NCBI GenBank assembly: GCA_050942625.1
Contig: JBMNNS010000003.1
Location: 1 to 55,951, forward strand
Source of the DNA: Dethiobacteria bacterium
GTDB lineage: Bacteria > Bacillota > Dethiobacteria > DTU022 > UBA8154
Direction: 5' to 3'
Length of the DNA: 55,951 bases
A model generated the notes under the pieces. It saw only the letters and a program-made list of their open reading frames with translations, was not told where the DNA came from and ran no database searches. Shown one piece after another: positions 8,672-17,480 of this stretch (the first letter of the stretch is position 1; every line of letters begins with the position of its first letter). A program made the translations under genes and the position numbers.

Positions 8672-9985
8672 ATGACAGTAAAAACATTTCAACAGGGGGT
8701 ATTTCTTCCTCACTACAAGGAATATTCTGAAGACAAGCCTATCGTAACAGTCCCCCTCCCCAAAGAAGTAGTAATACCGATGCAACAGCATATTGGGGCA
8801 CCTTGCAGTCCCATAGTCCAGGTGGGGGACGAAGTCAGGGTTGGACAGCTCATTGGTGAGCCCGGCGGTTTTGTTAGTGCCCCCGTCCATTCCAGTGTTG
8901 ACGGAACAGTAATAGCAGTGGAACCCCGCCCGCACTTCAACGGCACTAATGTAATGGGTGTTGTAATTGAGGTTGCCGACGAACAAAGTGATCCGGGTTG
9001 GCAGGAGCGTGATATTTGGGCTCTCAGTGTTGATGAAATCAAGGAGGCCATTAAAGATGCCGGTATTGTCGGCATGGGGGGGGCAACATTTCCTACACAC
9101 GTCAAACTAAGCCCGCCTAAACCCATCGATGCTTTTATTGTCAACGCTTGTGAGTGTGAACCTTTCCTCACTTGTGACCACCGGATGATGGTGGAGATGA
9201 CCGACAAACTGGTGGAAGGTGCACGCCTGGCACAGAAGGTTGTCAATGCGGCAAAAATCATTTTTGGGGTTGAAACGAACAAGCCCGATGCTATTGAGGC
9301 CCTGAACTCCAGGATTGCCGGGGCGGCCGACATTGAATTAGTGCCTTTGGATGTTAAATATCCACAGGGCTCCGAGAAACAGCTTATTAAAGCTACCTTT
9401 GATAGGGAAGTGCCTCCGGGCAAACTGCCTTTAGAGGTTGGAGTAGTGGTGCAAAACGTGGCTACCTGTATTGCCATCTATGAAGCTTGCCTCTACGGCA
9501 AACCCCTGATAGAGCGGGTTTTGACGCTCACGGGTGACGGTGCTGCCAACCCACAGAACGTCCTGGCCAGAATTGGAACTCCCATTGGGCATATCATTGA
9601 CTATTTTGGCGGTTTTAAAGGGGAACCCGGCAAGGTAATCTTGGGCGGCCCGATGACAGGATTTGCCCAGACCAGGTTGGATATTCCCGTTCTTAAAGGT
9701 ACCAGCGGTATTCTTCTGTTAACCAAGGATATGGTTGCAGAAACAGATTATATGGCCTGTGTGCGTTGCGGCAAGTGCGTGGATCACTGCCCCATGTTCC
9801 TGTATCCCAACTACATTGGGGTTTATTCCGAAAGCGGCCGCTATGAAAAAGCAGCCGAGTGGGGCGCTATGGACTGTTTTGAGTGCGGGATATGTGTCTA
9901 CGTTTGTCCCTCCAACCGTCCTATCGTCCAATTTGTACGGGAAGCTAAAAGGCAGATTGCTGCTGCCAGGGCTGCCCAAAAATAG
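8672..9985 (+). CDS. rnfC: RnfC/RsxC NADH-binding FMN/Fe-S subunit
   Basis: QHIGAP, GIVGMGGATFPTHVK, NACECEPFLTCD, YPQGSEKQL and GGPMTG motifs; two CxxCxxCxxxCP clusters; SD AGGAGGTG. Confidence 0.93.
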   Translation: MTVKTFQQGVFLPHYKEYSEDKPIVTVPLPKEVVIPMQQHIGAPCSPIVQVGDEVRVGQLIGEPGGFVSAPVHSSVDGTVIAVEPRPHFNGTNVMGVVIEVADEQSDPGWQERDIWALSVDEIKEAIKDAGIVGMGGATFPTHVKLSPPKPIDAFIVNACECEPFLTCDHRMMVEMTDKLVEGARLAQKVVNAAKIIFGVETNKPDAIEALNSRIAGAADIELVPLDVKYPQGSEKQLIKATFDREVPPGKLPLEVGVVVQNVATCIAIYEACLYGKPLIERVLTLTGDGAANPQNVLARIGTPIGHIIDYFGGFKGEPGKVILGGPMTGFAQTRLDIPVLKGTSGILLLTKDMVAETDYMACVRCGKCVDHCPMFLYPNYIGVYSESGRYEKAAEWGAMDCFECGICVYVCPSNRPIVQFVREAKRQIAAARAAQK

Positions 9986-10046
9986 CTGCGGAACCTAACC
10001 CGCAGGCAACGAACGCCAATATTCAGTTAAGGAGGGAAATGACAAT

Positions 10047-11048
10047 ATGGCGGATAAGACATTGTCTCTAGCATTTTCTACTTCCCCACACCTGAGATCG
10101 CCTGATACTGTATCCGGTGCGATGCGGGATGTTATAATTGCACTTTGTCCTGTTACGCTGGTATCCATCTACTTTTTTAAACTACATGCCATCTTTTTAA
10201 TACTTGTTTGCCTGGTAACAGCAGCACTGACCGAATTACTTTTCCGGAAAATGATGCATAAACCATCTTCCTTGCATGACGGCAGTGCACTGCTAACAGG
10301 ACTGTTGGTAGCCTTATGTTTTGGACCTGCTACTGCCTGGTGGACAGCTGCCTTGTGTACGTTTATTGCTATCGGCATTGCTAAGGAATACATGGGCGGC
10401 CTGGGTTGGAACCTTTTTAACCCTGCCTTGTTCGGGCGTGTGTCGGTAATTATGCTTGTTCCAATATTTACCTATTTAACCTCGGTCTTTGCTCCCTTGC
10501 GTCCCTTTTTGGGGGGAATTGACATGGTTACACAAGCTACACCCCTGGCTTTGTTGAAACAGGGAGCAGGCTTGCCCAGTTTGTTAAAAATGTTTGCTGC
10601 CAACCCCGGCGGCGCTCTTGCAGAAACTTCTGCCCTTGCTTTGATTATCGGGGGAGCCTATCTCCTGCATAAAGGACATATTACCTGGGAAATCCCGGTG
10701 TCAATGATTGCGGCAGTTTTTGTAGTTGCCCTGTTGTTCGGTCAGAATCCCATATATCATGTTTTAGCCGGTGGGGTGCTTCTTGGGGCCTTCTTTATGG
10801 CTACCGACTGGGTGACCAGTCCGATAACTTCTAAAGGTAAACTAATCTTTGGTGCGGCTATCGGTGTTTTAGTAATCATTTTCCGGGTTGGCCTGGGGCC
10901 TACAGAAGGAACGGCATTTTCAATTTTGATCATGAACGCTTTTGTTCCATATATTGACCGTGTAACGAAGCGGCCCAAATTTGGTGAAGTTCCTGCCGGT
11001 CAGCCTGCAGCAGTACCAGCCGGGCGCCCCGTCAGTAAAACCAATTAA
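10047..11048 (+). CDS. rnfD: RnfD/NqrB-family membrane flavoprotein
   Basis: SPH, GGLGWNLFNPA, VTQATPL (FMN-Thr motif) and GAFFMATDWVTSP motifs. Confidence 0.92.
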   Translation: MADKTLSLAFSTSPHLRSPDTVSGAMRDVIIALCPVTLVSIYFFKLHAIFLILVCLVTAALTELLFRKMMHKPSSLHDGSALLTGLLVALCFGPATAWWTAALCTFIAIGIAKEYMGGLGWNLFNPALFGRVSVIMLVPIFTYLTSVFAPLRPFLGGIDMVTQATPLALLKQGAGLPSLLKMFAANPGGALAETSALALIIGGAYLLHKGHITWEIPVSMIAAVFVVALLFGQNPIYHVLAGGVLLGAFFMATDWVTSPITSKGKLIFGAAIGVLVIIFRVGLGPTEGTAFSILIMNAFVPYIDRVTKRPKFGEVPAGQPAAVPAGRPVSKTN

Positions 11049-11082
11049 CCTCACCCAATGATAAGGAAAGGTGGGATAAACG

Positions 11083-11841
11083 ATGAAGAAAAAATCTATA
11101 CTTTATGATGCTTCCAAATGTACTGCGTGCCGTGGTTGTCAGGTTGCCTGTAAACAGTGGAATCAGCTCCCGGCTGTAAAAACCAGCTTCCAGGGAACTT
11201 ATGAAAACCCGCCCCGTTTCTCGGCCAATACCTGGACAAAAATAGTGTTCAAGGAGCACGAAAAGGACGACAAAGTACAATGGTTATTCAGTAAGCAAGG
11301 TTGCATGCATTGTAGTGATGCTGCTTGCATCAAAGTTTGCCCGGCCAGTGCCATTACCCGCAACGAATTTGGCGCTGTGAATATTGATCAAAACAAATGC
11401 ATCGGCTGCAACTACTGTGCTGCCAACTGTACCTATAATGTTATTGGATTTGACCAGAAGGCTAACGTGGCCAGGAAGTGCAACTTTTGTGTCGACAGGG
11501 TGACCGCTGGCCTCGAACCTGCCTGTGTAAAAACCTGCCCTACGGGTGCCCTTTCTTTTGGGGATCGTACCGATATGATTGCCCTGGCCAATGAACGTTT
11601 GGCATTTCTGCAAGAAAACGGCAACCCCGATGCTAACATCTACGGTTTGAATGAATTGGATGGTTTGGGCGTGCTCTATGTATTAGGGGATCGGCCTGAA
11701 AAATATGGATTACCGGAAAATCCCCGTGTTTCTACAGCAGCACATATTTGGGGTATTATTTTCAAACCTATTAGGGTGCTGGTGGTTTTAGCTATGTTCT
11801 TTGCCCTGTGGATCAACAAAAGCGAATCTGCACAACAGTAA
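11083..11841 (+). CDS. 4x[4Fe-4S] FdnH/HybA-like beta subunit with C-terminal membrane anchor
   Basis: CTACRGCQVACKQWN, CMHCSDAACIKVCP, CIGCNYCAANC and CNFCVDR...PACVKTCP motifs; YGLPENP followed by one hydrophobic helix. Confidence 0.88.
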   Translation: MKKKSILYDASKCTACRGCQVACKQWNQLPAVKTSFQGTYENPPRFSANTWTKIVFKEHEKDDKVQWLFSKQGCMHCSDAACIKVCPASAITRNEFGAVNIDQNKCIGCNYCAANCTYNVIGFDQKANVARKCNFCVDRVTAGLEPACVKTCPTGALSFGDRTDMIALANERLAFLQENGNPDANIYGLNELDGLGVLYVLGDRPEKYGLPENPRVSTAAHIWGIIFKPIRVLVVLAMFFALWINKSESAQQ

Positions 11842-12160
11842 CGCCACTAAAGCATTGGAATTAGCATGAGGGTTATATTTTGTATAAAGTGTGAAAATTG
11901 ATAACAGCATTTTTTTTACACGGCAGTAAAAAGTTTGTCTGGTTGTTTGAAGGGAACATAGCGGAACCTGCAGTTTGAACAAAAAGGCGGAGCCTTTATC
12001 TGTTCTAGTTTTACTAACACTGTTAGGTTCAACATCAAAGGCGTTGGGCCGGAAATATCCGGCCATGGTTAACATGAATTGTTTTAAACGTTTTTTCTTC
12101 CGGGAAGCCGGAAGTCTGGATATTTGTTGCTGATAATTGCTTTGATTTCACCCATAGTGT

Positions 12161-12193
12161 TGGTACCACCTGAAATGTGGTACCATTTTTTTT
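12161..12193 (+). terminator. intrinsic terminator
   Basis: TGGTACCAC-7 nt loop-GTGGTACCA followed by T8. Confidence 0.65.
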
Positions 12194-12279
12194 GTTTCAG
12201 GCCAATATTTTATTAGACTATTTTATATTTTAGTGCTACTATGTTTTTATCGGTAAAAACAGGAAAGGGGGAAATAACA

Positions 12280-12741
12280 GTGTCCATTTTGACCGATGAC
12301 ATTAAAGATATCCTGCGTACTAATATTTGTTATTTTGCTACCAGTTCGCCTGATAGCAAACCCAATGTAGTCCCTGTAGGCCTTGTAGAACCGATAAGCG
12401 ATCATGAAGTTCTTCTGGCAGATGTGCATTTTTATAAAACGAAAAAAAACCTGGAACAAAATCCCCAGGTTGCTATTGCAGTAACCGATCTACCTAAAAA
12501 ACTGGCCTTCCAGCTTAAAGGCAAAGCCGAAATTATCCCCTCCGGAGAACTCTATGAAAAACTTAAACAGATCCTGGCAACCCGGGCTGCAAAAAAAATC
12601 GTTTCATTAAAAAAGAAAAGTGAAAAAACAGACGACCCGGAGCTACGAAAAATATACCGCAAACGAATTGAAAGAATAGAAAACCAAAAAGCAAGAACCG
12701 CCGTCTTAGTTACGATCAACGAAATTTATTCGACATTATAA
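12280..12741 (+). CDS. pyridoxamine 5'-phosphate oxidase-like FMN-binding protein
   Basis: FATSSPDSKPNVVPV, KTKKNLEQNPQVAI and FQLKGKA motifs; GTG 12280 after an AAGGGGG SD. Confidence 0.75.
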   Translation: MSILTDDIKDILRTNICYFATSSPDSKPNVVPVGLVEPISDHEVLLADVHFYKTKKNLEQNPQVAIAVTDLPKKLAFQLKGKAEIIPSGELYEKLKQILATRAAKKIVSLKKKSEKTDDPELRKIYRKRIERIENQKARTAVLVTINEIYSTL

Positions 12742-12819
12742 ACAGGAATTAAGCGGAGAACCAGAATAAATTCAACATGACATTATCATAGAATAACTAC
12801 ACAAGTAATACCTTGGTTC

Positions 12820-12848
12820 TTGACACCTAACCTTTTTTCTGTTAAGAT
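12820..12848 (+). promoter_or_regulatory. sigma-A promoter of tRNA-Leu
   Basis: TTGACA-17 bp-TAAGAT with TG extension. Confidence 0.7.
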
Positions 12849-12867
12849 TTTTTTAGCAAAGTTTAAT

Positions 12868-12954
12868 GCCGAAGTGGCGGAACCGGCAGACGCACTTGAC
12901 TCAAAATCAAGCGGGGTCTTCCTCGTGTGGGTTCGAGTCCCACCTTCGGCACCA
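12868..12954 (+). tRNA. tRNA-Leu (CAA)
   Basis: Acceptor stem GCCGAAG/CTTCGGC, anticodon arm CTTGA-CTCAAAA-TCAAG, long variable arm, GGTTCGAGTCC T-loop and encoded CCA. Confidence 0.97.
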
Positions 12955-12957
12955 AAA

Positions 12958-12990
12958 TAAAACCGGCAACTTCACGGATGCCGGTTTTTT
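12958..12990. terminator. bidirectional terminator between tRNA and sirtuin
   Basis: AAAACCGGCA...TGCCGGTTTTTT. Confidence 0.75.
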
Positions 12991-13039
12991 GTAACTTGTT
13001 TTTATCTGGTTTTTGTAGCCCTTCCGTAAACGCTATGAT

Positions 13040-13813
13040 TTACCGATCTCCCCTGACCGCAGACATTATTTTGCTCATGGTTTTGCCTGCCAGGTCATGG
13101 ATGACGACATCGGCGCTGCTGTCAGCGTGGGTGGGTTCCCTGTTGATGACTACCAGTTTGGCGCCCCTTTGTTTGGCCATTGTGGGAAATTGGGCAGCCG
13201 GATAAACTACCAGTGAGGAACCAATACAGAGACATAGGTCACATTCCGAAACGCTTTTTTCAGCCCTGCGCATTTCTTCCATAGGCATGCTTTCGCCAAA
13301 AGAAATTGTTGCCGGCTTTAAAATTCCATTACAGATGCGGCAATATGGTGCCTCTTCTCCTTGTTCAAGCCTTTCTGAAACCGATTCCTGGCTTACCAGG
13401 TCACCACAATCAAGGCACTTTACCTTTTCAATCGTTCCATGCAGTTCAATCACTTTTTCTGGGGAATTCCCAGCCTTTTGGTGCAGGGCGTCTATATTTT
13501 GTGTGATAACTGCCAATAGTTTGCCCATAGTTTCCAGTTCTGCAATGGCCAGGTGGGTGGCATTGGGTTCAGTATCGGCAAAAGTTTTGAACATTTCACG
13601 ATAAAACTTCCATCTTTTTTTTCTATTTTCCTCACTGGCCACAAAACTTTGGTAGGTAAATTCTGCGGGGTCAAAACGGTCCCATATCCCACCCTGGCTG
13701 CGAAAATCGGGGATGCCTGATTCCGTACTTACCCCGGCCCCTGTAAAGACAACGATCTTGCTACTTTCACCAATCAACCTGGCAACCTTCTCAATATTTT
13801 TTTCCATTGTCAT
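13040..13813 (-). CDS. cobB: SIR2-family NAD-dependent protein deacylase
   Basis: TGAGVSTESGIPDFR, ITQNIDALH, ELHG, two CxxC, GSSLVVYPAA and IN motifs; ATG 13813 after AAGGAG. Confidence 0.93.
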   Translation of the reverse strand: MTMEKNIEKVARLIGESSKIVVFTGAGVSTESGIPDFRSQGGIWDRFDPAEFTYQSFVASEENRKKRWKFYREMFKTFADTEPNATHLAIAELETMGKLLAVITQNIDALHQKAGNSPEKVIELHGTIEKVKCLDCGDLVSQESVSERLEQGEEAPYCRICNGILKPATISFGESMPMEEMRRAEKSVSECDLCLCIGSSLVVYPAAQFPTMAKQRGAKLVVINREPTHADSSADVVIHDLAGKTMSKIMSAVRGDR

Positions 13814-14058
13814 GATACATGTCTCCTTAAGAATATAAATAAACAAAATGGTCCTTTTCACTGCCTGCAGGCGACAGCCTAAAATGAAAACTAACAACGA
13901 TAACAGCAATAGCCTATAATAATATTTCTACAATTTGGTTCTATTATCCTGCTATTTATGGTCAACGAACTTTCAGGCACTATGCATGGAATAAAAAGTA
14001 TATTATAATATAGAAAAAATAAAAAGGGTCATTAATTTTGGAAAGGGGACGCAGGACA

Positions 14059-14310
14059 ATGGTTCGTATAGGTGATTTGCGCGACAGGGATGTTGTAAAT
14101 GTAAATGATGGCAAACGCCTGGGTATTATTAATGACGTCGACCTTGATATAGAAAACGGGGTTGTAAAGGCAATTATTGTACCGGCCGGGGGGGGGTTCA
14201 TGGGCGTAATCGGCCGAAAACAAGATCTCATTATCCCCTGGGATAAGATCGTTAAGGTTGGCGTGGACACGATTCTGGTAGATTACCCCGTTGAGCTGGA
14301 ACAGGGCTAA
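14059..14310 (+). CDS. ylmC: YlmC/YmxH PRC-barrel sporulation protein
   Basis: DLRDRDVVNVNDGKRLG...IIPWDKIVKVGVDTILV. Confidence 0.9.
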   Translation: MVRIGDLRDRDVVNVNDGKRLGIINDVDLDIENGVVKAIIVPAGGGFMGVIGRKQDLIIPWDKIVKVGVDTILVDYPVELEQG

Positions 14311-14312
14311 AC

Positions 14313-14341
14313 TGGACAGGACTCCAGGCCTGTTATATAAT
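14313..14341 (+). promoter_or_regulatory. sigma-A promoter upstream of the NrdD-like gene
   Basis: TGGACA-17 bp-TATAAT. Confidence 0.6.
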
Positions 14342-14386
14342 CAAAATAAACGACAAAAGGGGGCCCGTTCCCTGGGGGGTGGTTAT

Positions 14387-16243
14387 TTGACAGATGATAC
14401 TCCTTTCCAAAAGATCATAAAGCGGGATGGAAGGGTGCTCCCATTTCATGCCGAAAAAATAACTCAGGCTATTTTTAAAGCTGCCAGGGCCGTCGGGGGA
14501 GAGGATTATTCGCTGGCAGAAGAGCTTACCAGGGAGGTTTTGGTGTACCTTTCGGGGAAATATTTACCGGGGGTAAGTCCTACGGTTGAAGAAATACAGG
14601 ATGCCGTGGAAAAGACCTTGATAGAAAAAGGACATGCCCGAACGGCTAAAGCCTACATCCTATACAGGGCCAAAAGAACCCGGATTAGGGAAGCAAAGTC
14701 AGAACTAATGGATGTAGTAAAGGATATTCTTATAGAAGGGAACCATGGGGAAAAAGAAGGAAGCGAGTATTCGCCGGCAAAAAAAATGAACCAGGTGGCT
14801 ATTGCTGCCAGCCAAAAATACTATCTTGACAATTTACTCCCTCAAGATCTAGCTGAATCACAGCGGAAGGGGAGTTTTCATATTCATCAATTAGGCTATT
14901 ATAGTAAAACTATTGATTCCCTAAAGGCCGATCTGGCTTCCTATTTTAAGGATATAACCGTTTATGAAAAACATCTAACTGCTCCGGCAGACTTTTCTAC
15001 TGCCCTTTTTAGTATTTCTGCCCTGGCCCAAAAGGCCGGGTGTGACCTTTTTGGAGAGTTATCCTTAGCTTGTTTTGACACTTTTATAAGTTCTTTGAGC
15101 AGCAATTTTGCTAAAAAACCAGGCACCGAGCTCCTTACGGCAAATCTGCGTGGGTTTTTGCATTATTTAAGTGCTTTTCCCTGTTTCGGGGGTACAGCCC
15201 CCCACCCAAAATTTAGTATTGGCCTGGGCCTGGATCTTACTGCTGAAGGCAGGGCAGTCACCCGTATTATATTAGAGGAGTTGATCAGGGGCAAAAAAGC
15301 AGACAGGCAGCCTCCCAAAATTATTTTCAGCCTGCAAAAAGGTATAAATTTGGGGCAAAAAGATCCCAATTATGATCTGTACAAGCTGGCCCTGAAGGCT
15401 GCTCTGGCCTGCGGAAACCCTTCTTTTGTTTTTCTTGATACTTCCTACAACAATTTTCCAGGGGCTGATTCTTCCCATTTTGGTGACGGTTCAAGGGTTG
15501 CAGGGAACAGGTATGCAAAAATGGGGGGCAAAAAAAGGGGTAACATAGCCTCCCTGACTATTAATCTTCCAAGACTTGCCCTTAAAACCAGGGAGCTTGA
15601 TTTGTTTATTGTGGAGTTGGATCGTTTATTACGCCTGGGGGTTCGCCAATTGTTGCATCGCTTTGAGGTCCTGACAGCCTTAAAATGCCGGGAGCTTCCT
15701 GCCTTAATGGGTTGGAACCTCTACCAGGGAAGTGAATCCCTATCCCCGGAAGACAGCATCAAAGAGTCGATAAAAAATGGACTTATGTCCCTTAACTTTA
15801 CAGGGCTTCCAGAAACTATCCGCGTATTATTGGACAAGGACCATGAGGGAATGGCAGGGCGCTATGAATTGGCTAAAAGAATAGTGGGGCATATGAAAAG
15901 ACGTGTAGAATCATTTGCCGAAGAATACGATCTTAATTTCGCCCTTCGCAGCGTGGCCAGCGGGGAACTGAAGCGCCTTGTTGAACTGGATAGGAAAGAA
16001 TTTGGACTTATTAAGGGTGTCACCGACAAATCCTTTTATAGCTCTTCCTTCCTTCTGTTTCAGGAAGACGAAGGGTTGGAGGGGAAAATTGTACTTGAAG
16101 GGGAGATGCATAAGCTTTGTTCGGGCGGATATGCCAGCAAAGCTGTCTTCTTGCCACGCCTGGAGCCCCGGGCAATAGAGGACTTCATTTACAAATTGGT
16201 GGAAGCAGAAATAGGTTTTCTTTCAGTTTTCAAGTTGGGGTGA
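14387..16243 (+). CDS. ATP-cone + degenerate class III ribonucleotide reductase (NrdD)-like protein, apparently non-catalytic
   Basis: N-terminal ATP cone (IIKRDGR...VEEIQDAVEKTL...AKAYILYR). NrdD-like motifs HIHQL, GINL...DPNYDLY, RGNIASLTINLPRLA and GVTDK. No MGCR-type cysteine, Zn ribbon or RxxGY. TTG start after GGGGGTGG. Confidence 0.8.
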   Translation: MTDDTPFQKIIKRDGRVLPFHAEKITQAIFKAARAVGGEDYSLAEELTREVLVYLSGKYLPGVSPTVEEIQDAVEKTLIEKGHARTAKAYILYRAKRTRIREAKSELMDVVKDILIEGNHGEKEGSEYSPAKKMNQVAIAASQKYYLDNLLPQDLAESQRKGSFHIHQLGYYSKTIDSLKADLASYFKDITVYEKHLTAPADFSTALFSISALAQKAGCDLFGELSLACFDTFISSLSSNFAKKPGTELLTANLRGFLHYLSAFPCFGGTAPHPKFSIGLGLDLTAEGRAVTRIILEELIRGKKADRQPPKIIFSLQKGINLGQKDPNYDLYKLALKAALACGNPSFVFLDTSYNNFPGADSSHFGDGSRVAGNRYAKMGGKKRGNIASLTINLPRLALKTRELDLFIVELDRLLRLGVRQLLHRFEVLTALKCRELPALMGWNLYQGSESLSPEDSIKESIKNGLMSLNFTGLPETIRVLLDKDHEGMAGRYELAKRIVGHMKRRVESFAEEYDLNFALRSVASGELKRLVELDRKEFGLIKGVTDKSFYSSSFLLFQEDEGLEGKIVLEGEMHKLCSGGYASKAVFLPRLEPRAIEDFIYKLVEAEIGFLSVFKLG

Positions 16244-16250
16244 GCTTTGG

Positions 16251-17450
16251 ATGGATCTAGATAATTCCCGTTTTAGAAGGAAATTTAGGAGGAAAAGAAG
16301 AAGAAGAACAAGGTTCCAACACCTAAATGTAGTAAAAGGTAATAAGCAAAATACTTCTAGCCTTGCCGCTATTCCCGGTATTTCCGGTCTCAATCAAAAA
16401 GCAATTTGTTACATACTGTTTTTCCTGGCCCTCTTTTTGTTATCGCAGATCCTTTTTGGCTGGGTATGGGGTGCTTTTAAATGCTGTTCTGCTCAAGTAA
16501 CCAGGGTAGGGGAAGGTACCCTTGATGTATCTTTTCCCACCTCCGGCATAATTACTTTTGAAGAAGAAATAGTCCTGGCCCCCTGTGCCGGTTATGTTTA
16601 CCATGAGGTAAAGGAAGGGGAAAGGATCCCTGTAGGAAAACAACTGGCCGTCATAACAGAAACCCCCCTGGAAGAGGGGGATACACTGGATACTAAGGAT
16701 CAGGACGAAGGCACCGGCGCTTTGCAGCAGACCTTAAACTGGTTTTTATATGGTAATAGGAACACTGCGATTGCAGAAGCAAGGACTGTAAATGATTACA
16801 TATCCCAGGATGAAAGAGTAAAGATCTATTCGACCCTGTCAGGGTTGCTCCTTAACGGGGTTGATGGTTGGGAAGGATTTGGGCCCCATACCAGTTTTCC
16901 TTATCTTCCAGAAGAAGATTTGGAAAACGAGGAATATGCCCAACAAAAAATCCACTCCGGGGAAATGATAAATCGTTTTAAGCCCCTGTTCAGGATAGTA
17001 AACAATTACTGTTGGTATTATAGCACGGTCCTGCCTCCCGACATTGGGAACCTTGTTGCCAACAATTCTTCAGTACGTCTTTATTTTCCTTTTGAGCCTG
17101 ATCGCTATGTTGTGGGGGAAAAAGTTGAGGCTAAAATGAATTATGAACACGGAGGGCTGGAAATCACCTGGCGTATCAACAAGGCCGCCGGGGACTTTTA
17201 CAACCATAGGTTTTCCACAGCGGAGGTTGTTTACCATCAACTGGAAGGTATTCTTGTTCCTGCTGGAGCCCTTGTGGAGGTTGGTGGCAAAAAAGGGGTC
17301 TACCTGCTTGAAAAAGGGATAGTTAATTTTCGGGAAGTTGAAATTTTGGGCCATAAAGAGGGTTTTTACCTGGTAAAAAACTTAGAAGTAGACGAACAAA
17401 TCATTGAAAACCCTTCCAGAATGAAGGTAGGACAACGCTATAACTGGTAA
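16251..17450 (+). CDS. HlyD/membrane-fusion-like single-pass protein usually found upstream of yggS
   Basis: N-terminal TM helix, EGERIPVG biotinyl-lipoyl-like segment, VPAGALV...GVY C-terminal motif; conserved position. Confidence 0.7.
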   Translation: MDLDNSRFRRKFRRKRRRRTRFQHLNVVKGNKQNTSSLAAIPGISGLNQKAICYILFFLALFLLSQILFGWVWGAFKCCSAQVTRVGEGTLDVSFPTSGIITFEEEIVLAPCAGYVYHEVKEGERIPVGKQLAVITETPLEEGDTLDTKDQDEGTGALQQTLNWFLYGNRNTAIAEARTVNDYISQDERVKIYSTLSGLLLNGVDGWEGFGPHTSFPYLPEEDLENEEYAQQKIHSGEMINRFKPLFRIVNNYCWYYSTVLPPDIGNLVANNSSVRLYFPFEPDRYVVGEKVEAKMNYEHGGLEITWRINKAAGDFYNHRFSTAEVVYHQLEGILVPAGALVEVGGKKGVYLLEKGIVNFREVEILGHKEGFYLVKNLEVDEQIIENPSRMKVGQRYNW

Positions 17451-17480
17451 TGAAGCTTGCAAAAAAGGTGGGATAAGACT

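Noticed and set aside
12868-12990. tRNA-Leu as an integration site of a genomic island
   Set aside because: No integrase, and no duplicated tRNA 3' end was seen in the window.
13040-13813. SIR2 anti-phage defence effector (Thoeris/DSR type)
   Set aside because: It is a single-domain, Zn-binding CobB-type sirtuin of housekeeping size with no partner genes.
14387-16243. Functional anaerobic ribonucleotide reductase nrdD
   Set aside because: The essential Cys, Zn ribbon and glycyl-radical motif were not found, and no continuation was seen beyond the stop because the next gene starts 7 nt later.
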